Source: Chthonomonadales bacterium (GTDB lineage: Bacteria; Armatimonadota; Chthonomonadetes; Chthonomonadales; CAJBBX01). From it: a stretch of 64,000 nucleotides of DNA. Numbering within the stretch: the stretch's first letter is position 1; each line of letters starts with the position of its first letter. The notes below the pieces were generated by a model. It saw only the letters and a program-made list of their open reading frames with translations, had not been told where the DNA came from and searched no databases. The translations under genes and the position numbers were made by a program. Below, one piece after another: positions 61,027 to 64,000 of the stretch. The stretch is taken from assembly GCA_037443035.1 (NCBI GenBank), contig JBBIPC010000003.1, positions 58,951 through 122,950 on the forward strand. Reading direction: 5' to 3'.

Positions 61027-61992
61027 ATGGCACTCGACCTCGAGTTTCTGCTTGCTCTCTCCGAAGCGCCGGCAGTGGCCACAGCGTGCGGGCCGGTGCT
61101 CAGCATCGTGCGATCATGGTTGGGCGACCAGGCTGTCCTCCACCTCTGTCCGGATTCGCACGCGCTTGTTCTCCGTCCGGCGGCTCGACTGGACCAGGTG
61201 GAAACGCTGCTCGTCGCGCATATGGACGAGGTCGGCGGCGTGGTCCTCGGTGAGGCGAATGGCGGCGGATATTACGTGCAGCACTGGGGCTGTTCCGCAG
61301 ATCGGTTCGCCACAGCGAGCCTTCAGGGCATGGACTATCTCGCTCGGACGAGCGCCGAGGCGTTCCCGGTAGATGCAGCACCCACCCCGGACGGCAGCGC
61401 AGGCTCCTTCCTACTCCATGGGGCCGGCATACGCCCCTTCCGCACCGTCTGGACATTTCAGGGGAAGGCATCCATCAGCGGTGACTTCGTCATGGGCAAA
61501 GCTTTGGACCCGCGGGCCACCCTCTTCGCGGTTCTTGCTGCTTTCGCCGAAATGGGAGACCCCGTCGTGGCTGTTCTCATGGTCATGGCTGAAGAGTGCG
61601 CCATGGATGTGGCGCAGAAGGCCGTCCGTCTCCTCCAGCGGCAGGCTCCGGGACTACGGCGGATTGTCAATGCGGACGTGCCCGACGTGACCAATCTGAT
61701 AGGCGGCAGGCTCGACAGGCCAGCGATACGTATCTTCGAAGGCCGGAACATGGTGGATCCATCCTTCGGCATTCGCCTTGCAGAGAACATCACCGATGTT
61801 GACTTTCAGCTCACTGCGTCGCTCACCGGTAGCCAGACGCCGCTCTTCAGACCGCTGGCGCCTACGGTCTCCGTTGCCTTGCCTGGCGAAGGGGTCCATA
61901 CCCCCCAGACACGCATGAGCCTGACGGGCATCCAGCGTTGCGTAGACCTCCTTTGCCGCATTGCCACGGCCGGAGTCAGCGATGACGAGTGA
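61027..61992 (+). CDS. Divergent M42/M20-clan metallohydrolase
   Basis: VAHMDEVG, GKALDPR, AEEC, NADV, GVHTP correspond to the H-D-EE-D-H dimetal ligands. Confidence 0.65.
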   Translation: MALDLEFLLALSEAPAVATACGPVLSIVRSWLGDQAVLHLCPDSHALVLRPAARLDQVETLLVAHMDEVGGVVLGEANGGGYYVQHWGCSADRFATASLQGMDYLARTSAEAFPVDAAPTPDGSAGSFLLHGAGIRPFRTVWTFQGKASISGDFVMGKALDPRATLFAVLAAFAEMGDPVVAVLMVMAEECAMDVAQKAVRLLQRQAPGLRRIVNADVPDVTNLIGGRLDRPAIRIFEGRNMVDPSFGIRLAENITDVDFQLTASLTGSQTPLFRPLAPTVSVALPGEGVHTPQTRMSLTGIQRCVDLLCRIATAGVSDDE

Positions 61993-62836
61993 GACCGCCA
62001 GGCAGGTCTCGGACACGCTGCCCCCTCCGCTCGAGATCATCAACCCGAACGCTCCGCGCGGCCGCGTACGCTCCGCGCTGTTCGATTTCGACGGCACCCT
62101 GTCGCTCATTCGCGAAGGATGGCAGGGCGTCATGATCCCCTATTTCGTCGAAGAACTGCTGGCGACGCCGAACCATGAAGCACCGGCGGAGGTGGAGCGA
62201 GTCGTCCGCGAGTTCGTCGAGCGCTTGACAGGCAAGCAGACCATCTATCAGTGTCTCCAGCTTGCCGACGAGGTACAGAAGCGGGGTGGCTCGCCCAGGG
62301 AGCCGCTGGACTACAAATACGAGTACCTCCGCAGGCTCTGGCAGCGAATCGAGCACCGTGTAGCAGCTCTGAAGTCGGGCGATGCGCATCCCGACTCCAT
62401 GCTGCTGCGAGGCTCTCGAGCGCTGTTGAGAGCTCTCCGCGATAGAGGGGTTACACTCTATCTGGCCAGTGGCACGGACTTGCCCTATGTTCAAGACGAA
62501 GCCGCCGCGCTCCAGATAGACCAGTACTTCGCGCCTCGCATCTACGGCGCCCTCGACGATTACAAGAGTTTCTCCAAGCAGATGGTCATCGAGAGGATCC
62601 TCCGGGAGAACGATCTCCACGGAGCCGAGCTGGTGGTCTTCGGCGATGGCTACGTGGAGATCGAGAATGGCAAGAGCGTTGGCGGCCTGGCCGTCGGGGT
62701 TGCGTCCGACGAAGCCCATCCCGGCGGCATTGACCTTTGGAAACGTAACCGCCTCATCTCGGCAGGCGCGGATGTGATCATTCGCGACTATACGAACCTC
62801 GATGCCATACTGCAGTACCTTTTCGAGCGATCGTAG
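61982..62836 (+). CDS. HAD family hydrolase (sugar-phosphatase-like)
   Basis: FDFDGTLS, LASGT, SK, FGDGYVEI, GADVII.DY. Confidence 0.88.
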   Translation: MTSETARQVSDTLPPPLEIINPNAPRGRVRSALFDFDGTLSLIREGWQGVMIPYFVEELLATPNHEAPAEVERVVREFVERLTGKQTIYQCLQLADEVQKRGGSPREPLDYKYEYLRRLWQRIEHRVAALKSGDAHPDSMLLRGSRALLRALRDRGVTLYLASGTDLPYVQDEAAALQIDQYFAPRIYGALDDYKSFSKQMVIERILRENDLHGAELVVFGDGYVEIENGKSVGGLAVGVASDEAHPGGIDLWKRNRLISAGADVIIRDYTNLDAILQYLFERS

Positions 62837-62848
62837 AGGAGGAGAGCC

Positions 62849-64000
62849 ATGGCAACGGACGGTCGGATGTTCGACACGGACAAGCGCATTCGCCTGGGCA
62901 TCTGGGGTCTGGGCCGAGGGCTGCATCTCTCTGGCGCATGCGCCGCCTTGAACATTGACGTTGTCGCTGGCCTCGACTATAGCGAGTACATGCGCCGGCA
63001 ATTCACCGAGAAGTTCCCCGGCGCCTACGCCACCGATGATGTGGAGTCGTTTCTCAGCGCCGACTTCGATGCGGTACTCCTTGCGTCCTACCTGCCCAAT
63101 CACGCAGCCGATGCCATGGCCTGCCTCCGCGCGGGCAAGCACGTGCTCAGCGAAGTGACGGCGTTCATGACCATGGCGGACGGCGTGCGGCTCGTGGAGG
63201 AGGTCGAGAGGACAGGCCTGGTCTATCAAATGGCGGAGAACTACCCCTTTTCGCCCGAGAATCGATGGCTGGCGCGTCGTTGGCAGGAGGGGCTCTTCGG
63301 CGATCTCATGTACGGCGAGTACGAATACGTCCACGAGGTGCTCTCGCTCGCCTTCACGGACATCAACGGTGTGCCCATAGAACCCGGCTATCAGGTGCAT
63401 CCATGGCGAAGCTGGCTGAACTTCCACTATTACAGCACGCACTCGCTAGGGCCCATCATGTTCATCACGAACACGCGTCCGGTGGAGGTCTGCTCGCTTC
63501 CGGGTACTGTCCGGCTGCCAGGCTATCTTATCCGGGCTGCGCAGGGCATGGGCGGTGTCGCTCCGTCGCTGTTGCGTATGTCCAACGGCGGGCTGGTGCG
63601 CAACCTCATGGGCGCCACCACCAACGACTCCCATATTCAGCGTCTCTGGGGCACTCGAGGCTCGGCGGAACAGGTGGATGGCAAGCTCAGGGTCCGTCTC
63701 GGTGGTTTCGGCAATGCTCCCAAGAGTACTGTGACGCCGAGACATGACGAGCTGGGCCGCATGGCGGCAGGGACCGGTCACGGTGGCGGCGATTTCTGGG
63801 TGCTCTATTACTTCGCCCGTCAGATTCTCGAAGGAATCCCCGGCCCGTTCGATGTCTATGCGTCTGCGGACTGCACTATCGCAGGTATACAGGCATACCG
63901 ATCCCAGGCGGAAAATGGAGCCCCCCAACCGATACCTGACTTTCGCGTACCAAGCGAACGGGAGGCCTACCGCAACGACGAGTTCCGACAACCTGCCTAC
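62849..64000 (+). CDS. Gfo/Idh/MocA oxidoreductase, GH109-like (3' end runs off the window; absent from the ORF track)
   Basis: GGAGGAG RBS, ATG at 62849; my translation gives RIRLGIWGLGRG, AGKHVLSEV, MAENY, GEYEYVH, YSTHSLGP, GHGGGDF; I saw no stop before the window end. Confidence 0.85.
   Translation, partial: MATDGRMFDTDKRIRLGIWGLGRGLHLSGACAALNIDVVAGLDYSEYMRRQFTEKFPGAYATDDVESFLSADFDAVLLASYLPNHAADAMACLRAGKHVLSEVTAFMTMADGVRLVEEVERTGLVYQMAENYPFSPENRWLARRWQEGLFGDLMYGEYEYVHEVLSLAFTDINGVPIEPGYQVHPWRSWLNFHYYSTHSLGPIMFITNTRPVEVCSLPGTVRLPGYLIRAAQGMGGVAPSLLRMSNGGLVRNLMGATTNDSHIQRLWGTRGSAEQVDGKLRVRLGGFGNAPKSTVTPRHDELGRMAAGTGHGGGDFWVLYYFARQILEGIPGPFDVYASADCTIAGIQAYRSQAENGAPQPIPDFRVPSEREAYRNDEFRQPAY

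Noticed and set aside
59630..61372. 580-aa plus-strand ORF
   Set aside because: Antisense to LacI, runs through its promoter, and lacks motifs
61976..63991. Minus-strand ORFs of 488 and 181 aa
   Set aside because: Shadows of the HAD gene and of the plus-strand oxidoreductase starting at 62849

Overview
A GC-rich bacterial chromosomal window. The gene content suggests Armatimonadota or a similar lineage (inference): several LacI-controlled prepilin-type H-X9-DG/DUF1559 genes, many Gfo/Idh/MocA oxidoreductases, and an SSB ending in DDPFA. In order, the window holds: (i) ndk and a deacetylase-like gene; (ii) a ~15 kb respiratory operon with fused ctaA-ctaB, alternative complex III (actA-G), SCO, an A2-type caa3 oxidase (subunits II, I, III, IV) and a bacterioferritin; (iii) a carbohydrate-utilisation region with GxGYxYP, GH30, DUF5060/DUF4038, GH50-like, GH5, GH130 and GH99-like/six-hairpin genes; and (iv) housekeeping genes (pyk, rpsF-ssb-rpsR with an S6:S18 leader, PGI/PMI, msrB, purU). 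The most interesting signals are: two copies of a LacI + pilin-like + small-lipoprotein cassette, each with a clear sigma70 promoter and its own operator palindrome (a candidate SusC/D-free polysaccharide-capture system); a dual-OB + DUF488 + DUF488 cassette inside the sugar operon; an Hsp100/Clp protein with a dead second ATPase ring but an intact IGF loop, paired with a YbjN-like protein; a G12 tract in a LacI hinge; and two TAT-oxidoreductase + HEAT-repeat modules. I found no tRNA, rRNA, CRISPR array, integrase or transposase. All family calls come from reading motifs by eye, not from database searches. Start codons were adjusted where an RBS or a stop/start overlap supported it.
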